Shown here one piece after another: positions 1-9,203 of a DNA stretch of 64,000 nucleotides. A program made the translations under genes and the position numbers. A model generated the notes under the pieces. The model saw only the letters and a program-made list of their open reading frames with translations, was not told where the DNA came from and did not search any database. Source of the DNA: an uncultured Ignavibacteria bacterium (lineage in GTDB: Bacteria; Bacteroidota; Ignavibacteria; Ignavibacteriales; Ignavibacteriaceae); assembly GCA_963727535.1 (NCBI GenBank), contig CAVSGR010000005.1, forward strand, positions 11,251 to 75,250, in the 5' to 3' direction. The first letter of the stretch is position 1. The number at the start of each line of letters is the position of its first letter.

Positions 1-1270
1 CTCTCAATCAAAAAGAAATGCTTGGTATTGGGTTCCTTCCCTTTATTTTGCTGAAGGTATGCCATACATAATCGTGATGTATGTCGCCGGGGTAATGTAT
101 AAAAAAATGAATATTTCAAATGCAGATATCACACTATACACAAGCTGGCTTTATCTGCCCTGGGTTATAAAACCATTGTGGAGTCCGGTTGTCGATATTT
201 TAAAAACCAAAAGGCTTTGGGTAATCCTAATGCAGGGAGTAATAGGAATTACTTTTGCAGGAGTTGCTTTTACTATTCCGGTTTCAAATTTTTTTCAGTA
301 TACACTCGCATTCTTTTGGTTGATGGCGTTTAGTTCTGCCACACATGATATCTCTGCAGATGGTTTTTATATGCTGGGATTATCCGAACGTGATCAGTCT
401 TTTTTTGTTGGTATTCGTTCTACTTTTTATCGTGCTGCTGTTTTAGCAGGAAACGGTTTACTAGTTATATTGGCTGGCTATTTTGAGCAAACTCTTAATA
501 ATATTACTCAAGCCTGGGTAATCTGCTTTTTTGTACTTGCGGCATTATTTTTATTCTTTTGCATTTACCATTATTTAATACTTCCTTACCCACAGAGCGA
601 CCGATCTGTTGCAACAGGTGAAACTCGTAGCTTTATTAAAGAATATTTAAGAACATTTGTTTTGTTCTTCAAAAAAGATAAAATTATAATCATAATAGTT
701 TTTATTCTTTTGTACAGATTGGGTGAAGCACAGCTTTCAAAATTGGCTCCGCTTTTTTTGCTTGATTCAAAAGAGGTGGGTGGTATTGCGTTGTCAACTT
801 CAGAATATGGGTTTATTTATGGTACAATAGGAATAATTTTTCTTGTGGTTGGGGGAATTCTTGGTGGTGTTCTCGCTTCAAGAAAAGGATTAAAATATTG
901 GATATGGTGGATGTTACTGGCAATAAATCTTCCCGATATTGTTTATGTTTTTCTTGCTTATACTCAAACATCAAATTTGGTATTAATAAATTTTTGCATA
1001 GCTATCGAGCAATTAGGTTATGGCTTTGGTTTTACTGCTTTTTTACTTTTTCTCCTTTTTGTTTCTAAGGGCGATCATCAAACTTCACATTATGCAATTG
1101 CTACAGGCATTATGGCTCTTGGAATGATGATACCGGGAATGTTCAGCGGCTGGCTGCAGGAAATCTTAGGATATAAACTTTTCTTTATCTGGGTTTGTGT
1201 CGCAACAATACCGGGATTTATTATTACAAAGTTTGTCCCAATTGACCCCGAATTTGGAAAAAAGAATTAA
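1..1270 (+). CDS. ampG: AmpG-family MFS permease; 5' end may lie off-window
   Basis: The frame is open from nt 2 (SQSKRNAWYWVPSLYFAEGMPY...), upstream of the ATG at 59. Multi-TM protein with AmpG-like N-terminal motifs (LYFAEGMPY, LPWVIKPLWSPVVD). Confidence 0.7.
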   Translation, partial: SQSKRNAWYWVPSLYFAEGMPYIIVMYVAGVMYKKMNISNADITLYTSWLYLPWVIKPLWSPVVDILKTKRLWVILMQGVIGITFAGVAFTIPVSNFFQYTLAFFWLMAFSSATHDISADGFYMLGLSERDQSFFVGIRSTFYRAAVLAGNGLLVILAGYFEQTLNNITQAWVICFFVLAALFLFFCIYHYLILPYPQSDRSVATGETRSFIKEYLRTFVLFFKKDKIIIIIVFILLYRLGEAQLSKLAPLFLLDSKEVGGIALSTSEYGFIYGTIGIIFLVVGGILGGVLASRKGLKYWIWWMLLAINLPDIVYVFLAYTQTSNLVLINFCIAIEQLGYGFGFTAFLLFLLFVSKGDHQTSHYAIATGIMALGMMIPGMFSGWLQEILGYKLFFIWVCVATIPGFIITKFVPIDPEFGKKN

Positions 1271-1407
1271 CAAATCAATCATTAGCAAGAGCTTAAATAG
1301 TCATTCCCTAAGCAAAATTTCTGCATTTAATATAAAAAGGCTTTCAGGTTTAATATATTACCAAAGTTAAAATTGTTAATTTCTTGGATAAGTAAGTTCA
1401 GAAAAAA

Positions 1408-2879
1408 ATGAACAAAAAAATTACAGCCTTTCTTCCTTTCCATGGTGCTGATTACACTCATAAATTAGTTGCTCAACTTACAGACTCAGATCTTGTTGAG
1501 AAGATTTTTCTCTTATCATCAGATGATAAAAGTAAAATGGGTGGATGTGAAACTTTAGTAGTTCAAAATCACTGGGGAACAGAAACAGTCGAAAAAATTA
1601 TTTCAAACGTTTCATCTGGTTTTGTTTTAATTCTTCTTGATGATGTCCGGGTTGAGCTTCAAAAATCTACTTTAGAGAGATTTATAGAAACCGCAGAGTC
1701 AACTGGAGCTGGAATTGTTTATTCTGATTTTTATGAATTAATAAACAGAAATAATATTTCTTATCCGCTGATTAATTATTTACCAGGAAGCTTGCGTGAC
1801 GACTTTGACTTCGGCTCATTATTATTATTAAAAATATCAGCGATAAAAAGAGTTGTTCAATTAATAAATAAAAAATATAAATATGCCGGATTTTATGATC
1901 TTCGTTTAAAGATATCCGAAAATAATTCTTTATTAAGAATACCTGAAAATCTTTATACAATTAAGAAGCAGGAAAACAAAAGAAACTCAGAAGAGCAATT
2001 TGCCTATTTAAATCCGCAGAACAGGGAAATTCAAAATGAAATGGAAGATGCAGTAACTGAACATTTACAAAGAATCGGGGCTTTTCTGGAGCCTGATTTT
2101 GAAAGAGTAAATTTTGAGGAATATAAATTTAATGTTGAAGCATCGGTCGTTATTCCAGTGAAAAATCGTGAATCCACAATTGGCGATGCGATAAAATCGG
2201 CACTGAAACAAAAAACAGATTTCTCTTTCAATATAATTGTTATAGATAATCATTCTGATGATGGAACTGGAAAAGTTATTGAATCGTTTGTAAAAAAGGA
2301 TAAAAGAGTTACTCGTTTAATTCCGAAAAGAAAAGACCTTGAAATTGGTGGATGTTGGAATGAAGCTGTTCAAAATTCTTTATGCGGAAAGTTTGTTTGC
2401 CAGCTTGATAGTGATGATCTATATAAGGACGAAAATACTTTGCAAAAAATCATTGAAGTTTTTAAAAAGAAAAAACTGCCATGGTAGTTGGATCCTACCT
2501 GCTTACAGATTTTAGTTTAAAAGAAATTCCTCCTGGAATTATTGATCATAGAGAATGGACTACGGAAAACGGGCATAACAATATTCTTAGAATTAATGGA
2601 TTCGGAGCGCCGCGTGCATTTTATACACCCGTGTTAAGGAAAATACAAATACCAAATGTAAGTTATGGTGAGGATTATGCGATTGGGTTAGCTATTTCCC
2701 GCAACTATAAAATCAGCAGGATCTATGAACCAATTTATTTTTGCCGCAGGTGGGAAGGCAACTCGGATGCAAAATTAGATATCACAAAAATAAACGCTAA
2801 TAATTTTTATAAAGATAGTTTGAGAACTGCTGAATTGATCGCGAGACAAAAAAAGAATACTACAAAGAAACTTCTTTAA
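1408..2879 (+). pseudogene. Family-2 glycosyltransferase (N-terminal extra domain + GT2 domain) split by a single-base frame disruption in an A-run
   Basis: ORFs 1408-2487 and 2481-2879 read as one protein if one A is added at A5-G-A6 (2464-2475): ...[15 protein letters not shown].... GT2 motifs VVIPVKNRE, IIVIDNHSDDGT and QLDSDD are present. Confidence 0.7.
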
Positions 2880-3849
2880 GTTTTTCTAACTCGGTCCAAA
2901 TTAAAGCACCGGCACCCACAATTGCTGAAGTTCCTCCGGTTAATCCGGATGGAAGAAGCTTTACTTTATTCTTTAATATATTCAGCAAATACATGTTCAT
3001 ATATTTTTCCGTAGCCTTAAACAAAATATCTCCTGCAGAAGTTAAGCCGCCAAAGAGAATTATTGCCTCTGGATTTATAATTGCAGCCAGGTCAGCCAGT
3101 TTTATTCCCAGAATTTTGGATGTAAAATCAAATGTTTTAAGGGCAATCTTGTCTTCCCTGTAGGCAGCATCGCAAATTATTTTTGGAGTAAGATCTTCAA
3201 ATTTATATTCAGTTAGTTCACTTTTCTCTGTAGAATTCGAAAGTAATTCATAAGCAGTCTTTTTAATTCCTGTTGCAGAGACATAAGTTTCGAGGCAGCC
3301 TTTTCTTCCGCAACCACAAACTCTTCCTTCAGGATCATAAATAGTGTGTCCGAGTTCTCCAGCAAAACCATCTTTTCCATAATAGAGTTCCCCGTTTACA
3401 AAGATTCCGCTTCCGACACCTGTACCTAATGTAACTACCACAAAATTCTTCATTCCTTTGGCAGCGCCATACAGAAACTCTCCAATAGCAACAGCATTTG
3501 CGTCGTTGGTTATGACTGCAGGTAATGAAAAATGTTTTTTTATTATTTCTGCTACATTTGTGGTTCCCCACTTTAAATTCGGGGGTTGTTCAACTGTCCC
3601 TTTAAAGTAATTTGCATTAGGTGCGCCTATTCCTACTCCAACCAGATTATAATTATTTCCAATTTTTGAAAGAAGCAATTCACTTTCAGAAATAAGTCTT
3701 TTGAAAAATTTATCGGCAGGGTCCGCAGAGTTTGTTGGAATTGTAGATGAAGTTATAAGATTTCCTTTCTTATCAACGTAGCCGAAAGCTGTGTTGGTAC
3801 CTCCAATATCAATTCCAAGTGTGATATTAATTCTTGTGTGATTCTTCAT
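2860..3849 (-). CDS. ROK-family sugar kinase (glucokinase-like)
   Basis: N-terminal [11 protein letters not shown]-binding motif, ROK Cys motif [10 protein letters not shown], and GAGALIW near the C-terminus. Confidence 0.85.
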   Translation of the reverse strand: MKNHTRINITLGIDIGGTNTAFGYVDKKGNLITSSTIPTNSADPADKFFKRLISESELLLSKIGNNYNLVGVGIGAPNANYFKGTVEQPPNLKWGTTNVAEIIKKHFSLPAVITNDANAVAIGEFLYGAAKGMKNFVVVTLGTGVGSGIFVNGELYYGKDGFAGELGHTIYDPEGRVCGCGRKGCLETYVSATGIKKTAYELLSNSTEKSELTEYKFEDLTPKIICDAAYREDKIALKTFDFTSKILGIKLADLAAIINPEAIILFGGLTSAGDILFKATEKYMNMYLLNILKNKVKLLPSGLTGGTSAIVGAGALIWTELEKLKEVSL

Positions 3850-3859
3850 TTAACTCTCG

Positions 3860-4552
3860 GATTCATAGAAAATAAAAAAAATCATCTTTAAAGGGAGCTA
3901 GCTCACCAAAAAAATCTCCCTAGGAAAGAGTATTTAGAATTTTATCCTCATCGCTTGTTAAAACTTTAAGCTTTCCTTTTATTAAAAAATACATTTCATT
4001 TCCCCAGTCATCTTGTTTAAAGATATAATCACCCGGAGTATAAACAACCGGTCATAAATGCAAAGATACTTCTCTAAGAAAACTATCCCTTTAAACAATG
4101 GTACTCTTTCAAGGATATTTCTTTTAAGATAAATTTCCACGTCTGTTTTTAAACCCATCGGCAAACCGGCGATAAATTCTATTCCATTATAGCCGAGCTT
4201 CTGCCTCCAGATATATTTGTAATAATTTCGTATTCTCTTTTGAAGTACAGACGGTATCTTATGAAAGTTAACGAACGATCTTAGCTTTTCCAGATTATTA
4301 AGAAATTGAGTTCGCGCCGGATTTCTTTTTAAAAGAATATTTGTGATGTTACCAAAAACAAAGCCATAAACACCAACACCAAACAACATTACTACCATTG
4401 CATATATCTTGTGAGAAAAATCAGTCGGCACGACATCGCCGTAACCGACTGTCGTAATTGTTTGAATGCATCAGTATAAAGAATTGACGTATTCTTCACC
4501 AAAATTAATGTGAGTTTTACCCAGAGCTATCCCCTTATTTATTTCCTTCGCT
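3860..4552 (-). pseudogene. Decayed cyclic-nucleotide-binding K+ channel remnant (pore + cNMP domain only)
   Basis: Selectivity filter TTVGYGD is readable at about 4440-4460. There is an in-frame TGA at a Trp-like position (NSLY*CIQTITTVGYGD), a frameshift after VPLFKG, and further TGA and TAG stops inside the cNMP domain (HL*PVVYTPGDYIF..., LS*GDFFGE). The S1-S5 segments are missing. Confidence 0.8.
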
Positions 4553-4620
4553 TATGAAAATAAATTTTCACCGCTCACAAAATAAATAATGTCCGCTAAT
4601 TATACGGACATTTTGTTTTG

Positions 4621-4707
4621 CGGAGAGACAGGGATTCGAACCCCGGAAGGACTTGCATCCTTAACGGTTTTCAAGACCGCCGCATTCAACCACTCTGCCA
4701 TCTCTCC
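4621..4707 (-). tRNA. tRNA-Ser (anticodon UGA), class II with long variable arm
   Basis: Folded by hand: acceptor GGAGAGA/TCTCTCC, D-stem GCA/TGC, anticodon stem GCGGT/ACCGT with loop CTTGAAA, variable arm AGGA..TCCT, T-arm CGGGG-TTCGAAT-CCCTG, discriminator G. CCA is not encoded. Confidence 0.9.
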
Positions 4708-4946
4708 GATTTTAACAATTGCTTAAATTTTATTCCGCTCTTAAAGCTTTTTATTTCTCGTTCTCTTCTAAAAGCTTCAGATTTAGTTTCGAACTCTTCA
4801 GTGTAAACTATCTTCCAGGGAATATATCCTTTGGTTGATTTTGTTTTCCCGGAATTATGCTCATCTAATCTCTTAGTTAAGTTATTTGTATGGCCAATAT
4901 AATATCTCTTTATTTTTAGACTTTTAAGTATATAAATCCAGTACAT
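4686..4946 (-). CDS. Small GIY-YIG nuclease-domain protein (catalytic domain only, about 86 aa)
   Basis: MYWIYILKS...YYIGHTNNL..RLDEHNSG.....KGYIPWKIVYTEEF..KSEA.RRE.EIK matches the GIY-YIG pattern. The start is taken at Met24 of ORF 4686-5015. The 3' end overlaps the tRNA by 22 nt. Confidence 0.8.
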   Translation of the reverse strand: MYWIYILKSLKIKRYYIGHTNNLTKRLDEHNSGKTKSTKGYIPWKIVYTEEFETKSEAFRREREIKSFKSGIKFKQLLKSERWQSG

Positions 4947-4965
4947 TTTCCAAAAATGTTTCTCC

Positions 4966-5052
4966 TCAAGACCGCCGCATTTCCCGCGAAGCGGGATCTC
5001 GCTTTGCGATGACAACCTTTATCCCGCTACGCGGGAACTCTGCCATCTCTCC
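4966..5052 (-). pseudogene. Orphan copy of the 5' half of tRNA-Ser(UGA) (5' end to anticodon), with a 56-nt hairpin insert in place of the D-loop
   Basis: 4966-4981 is identical to 4671-4686 and 5038-5053 is identical to 4693-4708. The sequence between differs: 56 nt here versus 6 nt in the functional gene. Confidence 0.75.
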
Positions 5053-5248
5053 GGTCTATAAAAACTAGTAAATTTATATTTACTACATACCAAATATATC
5101 AATACTTTCTTGATTGGACAATTCTTAATGAATGTATAATGTAGAGTTTAGAATGTAGAATTATTTTTTTTCATAAATCTTTGTTTACTCCTTGTTTGAT
5201 TTAAGATGGTAAGGAAATATATTTAATTTTTAAAATTCAGGAAAAAAA

Positions 5249-6016
5249 TTGAACAAACAGGAATTAGACAACTTCAAATCTTTCAGCAAATACCTTTCTG
5301 ATGAAAGTGGCGAGATAATAAAGAATTATTTCAGGACAGATTTTAATATCGAATCCAAACAAGATCTTTCTCCCGTTACAATTGCAGACAAGAAATCTGA
5401 AGAGACGATGCGTGAAATTATAATGAAAGAATTTCCGGATCACGGGATAATTGGGGAGGAGTTTGGCGAGTATAATAAAGATGCCGAGTATAAATGGATA
5501 CTCGATCCGATTGACGGGACAAAAAGCTTTATTTGCGGTGCGGTTGCTTTTGGTACTTTGATTGCACTTACAAAAAACGGGGAACCCGTTTTGGGTGTTA
5601 TCAATCAACCTATTCTAGATGAGTTTTTGTTAGGTGATAATAACAGCACAGAATTAAATGGTCGGGCAGTTAAGATGAGAGCTTGTAATAAAATTGAAGA
5701 TGCTGTTCTAGTGACAACTGATTTTCTGCACATAGAAAAATATCAAAACATAAAAAAATTTCAGGAATTAATTAAGAAAGTAAAATTGTACAGGGGATGG
5801 GGAGATTGTTATGGTTACTATTTGCAGGCAACAGGCTATATAGATATAATGGTCGACCCGGTTATGAACATCTGGGACATGATGGCATTGGTTCCGGTTA
5901 TAAAAGGAGCGGGAGGAATAATTACTGATTACCAGGGTGAAGATGTGCTTAAAGGAACTAGTGTTATTTCAGCTTCACCAGCTATTCATTCAGCAGTAAT
6001 TAAATCGCTTAATTAA
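5249..6016 (+). CDS. Inositol monophosphatase family protein (IMPase / HisN-like)
   Basis: Motifs GEE, WILDPIDGTKSF and WDMMA are present. TTG start as given in the ORF track. Confidence 0.85.
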   Translation: MNKQELDNFKSFSKYLSDESGEIIKNYFRTDFNIESKQDLSPVTIADKKSEETMREIIMKEFPDHGIIGEEFGEYNKDAEYKWILDPIDGTKSFICGAVAFGTLIALTKNGEPVLGVINQPILDEFLLGDNNSTELNGRAVKMRACNKIEDAVLVTTDFLHIEKYQNIKKFQELIKKVKLYRGWGDCYGYYLQATGYIDIMVDPVMNIWDMMALVPVIKGAGGIITDYQGEDVLKGTSVISASPAIHSAVIKSLN

Positions 6017-6020
6017 GTTT

Positions 6021-6479
6021 TTAAATCCTTACTAACAGAAAAACTAAAGCAGTAATAATTGAGAAAACCAGAGCGGGAAGTTTTGGGTTCCTTGAATTAA
6101 AAATTACTATCATTGCTATTATCCAAATGACAAACAAAATAATCGATTGTAAATCGAAAAGTTCGGTAATTGGCGGAACTTCTTTGTTTAAGGCGTTAAG
6201 CTCATAGGTTTTTCTAAGAGGAGTTATAGCTATTGAATAAAAAAAGAAAAACGTAACAGCGGGCAAAGTAAGCTTCTTTATTTTCTGATTTTCATTAAAA
6301 TATTCAAGCCCGATTCTAAAGCTTAAAAATAAAGCAGTAAATAAAACCAGAGAACTTAAAGTATTTACTCTTGAAGGTAATGATAAAACAGCAGAGTTTT
6401 CTCCAGTGCTTCTTTGAATGTAAAAAACAATAAGAGTAATGATTATGGCTGTTGTCCAGAGAATAAAAGAGCGCTTCAT
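6021..6479 (-). CDS. Hypothetical integral membrane protein (4-5 TM)
   Basis: Hydrophobic-segment pattern only; no recognisable family. Confidence 0.45.
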   Translation of the reverse strand: MKRSFILWTTAIIITLIVFYIQRSTGENSAVLSLPSRVNTLSSLVLFTALFLSFRIGLEYFNENQKIKKLTLPAVTFFFFYSIAITPLRKTYELNALNKEVPPITELFDLQSIILFVIWIIAMIVIFNSRNPKLPALVFSIITALVFLLVRI

Positions 6480-6811
6480 GCTTTGAGAATTTTTTTTGTT
6501 CTCAACATAAAATAATTAGATGGAAGTTCCTACTTACACGGAAGATTTGCCTGTTGATTTTGAAACAATAATAATTCAAAGCATATTCAGAGTATTTCTT
6601 ACATTAAAAATCTAACATTAGAAATCTGTAATTTTGCATTGATATTTATTAAAAGATTTGAGTATCTTTATTTTACTTCCCGGTAGGCTAAAATGATAAT
6701 CAGGTAGAATTTTCATTTAGCATCTTTATAAAAATAATCCAATGTTGTTAGAAGTTTGTGATGAATTCCTGATTCATCTTAAAGATAATTAATAAGAGGA
6801 TAATTAAGAAT

Positions 6812-7881
6812 ATGACTGGAGAAAAATTAAAAGGAAGAGGAACGAATTTAAATCCTAAAAACAGGTTTGAAAAGTTATCTATCGAGGATTTTACTTTTGA
6901 TGACTGGCAGGATTTTGAAGAACCAGAAGACAATAATTTTCTTACTGAATATTACCTCGATGAATCGAGAACAGTTATCTCTAAAAATAATAGTGAAGAT
7001 GTAGGATTTGATTATTCTTTTAATCCTTACCGAGGTTGTGAACATGGTTGTATTTATTGTTATGCAAGACCAACTCATGAATATCTTGGCTTTTCCTCAG
7101 GAGTTGATTTTGAAACTAAGATTATGGTGAAACCGAATGCGGCATCTTTACTTGAAGAAGAATTTAAAGGAAAAGCTACAAACCCGATATAATAATTTTT
7201 TCGGGAAACACCGATTGTTATCAGCCACTTGAAAAGAGAATGAAAATAACAAGAGAAGCACTTAAAGTCTGCTTAAAATATGGAAACCCGGTTGGAGTAA
7301 TAACAAAGAATGCTCTTATTCAAAGAGATATAGATATACTTAAAGAAATGGCGGCACTGGGAATTGTTGCCGTTACAATTTCCGTTACAACTTTGGATAA
7401 AAATCTTGCAAGAAAAATGGAACCAAGAGCATCGACTCCTGAGATGAGATTAAGAACTATTGAAGTTATGGCTGAAAATAATATCCCTGTTACTATAAAT
7501 GCAGCTCCGATAATTCCGGGATTAAATGATAAAGAAATTCCTAACATACTTAAGGAGTCTTCAAGAAGAGGTGCTGAATCTGCGGGATACATAATGTTGA
7601 GACTTCCTTATTCTGTTAAAGATCTTTTTATAGAATGGATACAAAGAGAATTCCCCGAAAGAGCGTCAAAAGTAATTAACAGCATAAAGTCTATAAGAAA
7701 CGGAAAGCTTAATTCGTCTGAATGGAGAAAAAGATTCAGAGGAGAAGGAGAGCTTGCTGATACAGTTAGAAATCTGTTCCAGATTAGCTGCCGGAAATAT
7801 GGATTGAACAGGAAACAATTTAATCTTACAACAGAACACTTTAAGTCTAATTTTACCAAACAATTACAGTTATTTGAATAA
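6812..7881 (+). pseudogene. Radical SAM protein (PA0069/Rv2578c-like) split by a single-base frame disruption
   Basis: [10 protein letters not shown] radical-SAM cluster motif. The second frame is already open at [20 protein letters not shown]. The two parts join if one A is added to the A4 run at 7171-7174. Confidence 0.75.
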
Positions 7882-7961
7882 GCAGTTTTTCAAATAAAAA
7901 AGATTTGTATCTTTGAAACCAATTATAAATTAAAACATCAAACACTCAATTATTATGTATT

Positions 7962-8177
7962 ATGGCACAAAAGAAAAATACTAAGACGAGGCAAATCGGA
8001 AAGAAACCGCCTGAGAAAAAGCATCTTATTAATCCAAGATATAAGAATGCCTTCTGGACGACAATAATTATTATAATCCTGGTAATATTTTTTATTGTAA
8101 ATAATACCAGGAAAGAACCAGAAAGAGGACCTTATCCTCCGGGATATAATCCTCAAAGCACTGAGCTACCAAAATAA
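7962..8177 (+). CDS. Small hypothetical protein with one TM helix
   Basis: Basic N-terminus, a single hydrophobic helix (FWTTIIIIILVIFFIV) and a Pro-rich tail. Coding status is uncertain. Confidence 0.35.
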   Translation: MAQKKNTKTRQIGKKPPEKKHLINPRYKNAFWTTIIIIILVIFFIVNNTRKEPERGPYPPGYNPQSTELPK

Positions 8178-8206
8178 TTGTAATAAAAAATATTTCTTAA
8201 AAGAAA

Positions 8207-8773
8207 GTGAAAGTTATGAAAGTGAATAAACATTTCTATTTAGTTTTCCTTATTGTTTTAAGCTTTAGTGCATTTAGCTGCAGCAAGGAAAAAACCGAAG
8301 ATGCTTCATCAAATGATCAGATGCAGGGACAGGTTAGTGCAAGTCAAAGTAATAAAATGAAAGCTCCCGAATTTACTTTAACCAGCACAAACGGCAAAAA
8401 AATAAATCTTTCCGATTACAAGGGAAAAATAGTTGTTCTCGATTTTTGGGCAACCTGGTGCGGACCTTGCAGGAGAGGAGTTCCGGATCTTGTTGATATT
8501 CAAAAAGAATTTAAAAATAAAGTTGTAGTTATAGGAATTTCTCTTGATGATCAGCGTACGATGAACGATATACCGCCCTTTATGAAACAGTACGGAATTA
8601 ATTATCCTATTGTTTATGGTACAAATAAAGTTGTGATGGATTATGGAAATATCGAAGCAATTCCTACATCATTTGTAATTGATAAAAAGGGATTTATTGT
8701 TGATCAGAATGTAGGTCTAGTGCCTAAAGCAAAATTTGTGGATAAAATTAATAGCTTGATAAAAGAGTCATAA
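8207..8773 (+). CDS. TlpA/ResA-like thiol-disulfide oxidoreductase lipoprotein (thioredoxin fold)
   Basis: Lipobox-like LSFSAFSC, followed by FWATWCGPC (CxxC) in a redoxin-like context. Confidence 0.85.
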   Translation: MKVMKVNKHFYLVFLIVLSFSAFSCSKEKTEDASSNDQMQGQVSASQSNKMKAPEFTLTSTNGKKINLSDYKGKIVVLDFWATWCGPCRRGVPDLVDIQKEFKNKVVVIGISLDDQRTMNDIPPFMKQYGINYPIVYGTNKVVMDYGNIEAIPTSFVIDKKGFIVDQNVGLVPKAKFVDKINSLIKES

Positions 8774-8995
8774 TTATTTCTTGAAAAGATAAATTATCAA
8801 GCTGATCACCAGGCTAAGTATAAGTGAAGTGACAATAGGAAAATAAAAGGTAAAGTTTTTTTTCTTGATATAAATATCTCCAGGCAGTTTGCCGATAAGA
8901 GGAATTTTGTCTCCAAAGAAAAAAAACAGACCTAATATGAGGATAAAAATCCCCACGAAGATTAACAGCTTTCCTATTTGTTGAAATTCAGACAT
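8774..8995 (-). CDS. DUF2905-like small membrane protein
   Basis: The pattern GKLPGDIYIKK.NFTFYFPI between two TM helices is characteristic of DUF2905. Confidence 0.65.
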   Translation of the reverse strand: MSEFQQIGKLLIFVGIFILILGLFFFFGDKIPLIGKLPGDIYIKKKNFTFYFPIVTSLILSLVISLIIYLFKK

Positions 8996-9127
8996 CTGGG
9001 ATTAGTTCCAACTTAATTGAAGACTATTTTTTTTACAAACATTTATCCCCTATGAGGATATTTTGAGAATTCAGTAGAATTAAATTTATATTAAAAAATC
9101 TTTATAACACACGAAGAATATTTTCAA

Positions 9128-9196
9128 GAATTCCGTTAGGAATTCAATGTTTGTAAGAGAGAATAGTTCCCATTTTTCTGAACCCCTACGGGGTTC
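9128..9196. repeat. Two GC-rich short-loop hairpins (REP-like family)
   Basis: GAATTCC-GTTA-GGAATTC (9128-9145) and GAACCCC-TAC-GGGGTTC (9180-9196). Confidence 0.6.
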
Positions 9197-9203
9197 AATA
9201 ATT

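Noticed and set aside
3860-4552. TGA read as Trp (alternative genetic code), suggested by TGA at a Trp-like position in the K+ channel pore region
   Set aside because: All other genes in the window are open under the standard code and terminate with TGA, TAA or TAG normally. The same remnant also has a TAG stop, a frameshift and truncations, so it is a pseudogene.
4621-5053. Group I intron with a GIY-YIG homing endonuclease in the tRNA-Ser anticodon loop
   Set aside because: The downstream tRNA copy is complete, with its own 5' half, so the structure is a half-gene duplication flanking a free-standing ORF rather than an exon-intron-exon layout. About 260 nt is also too short for a group I ribozyme core plus an ORF.
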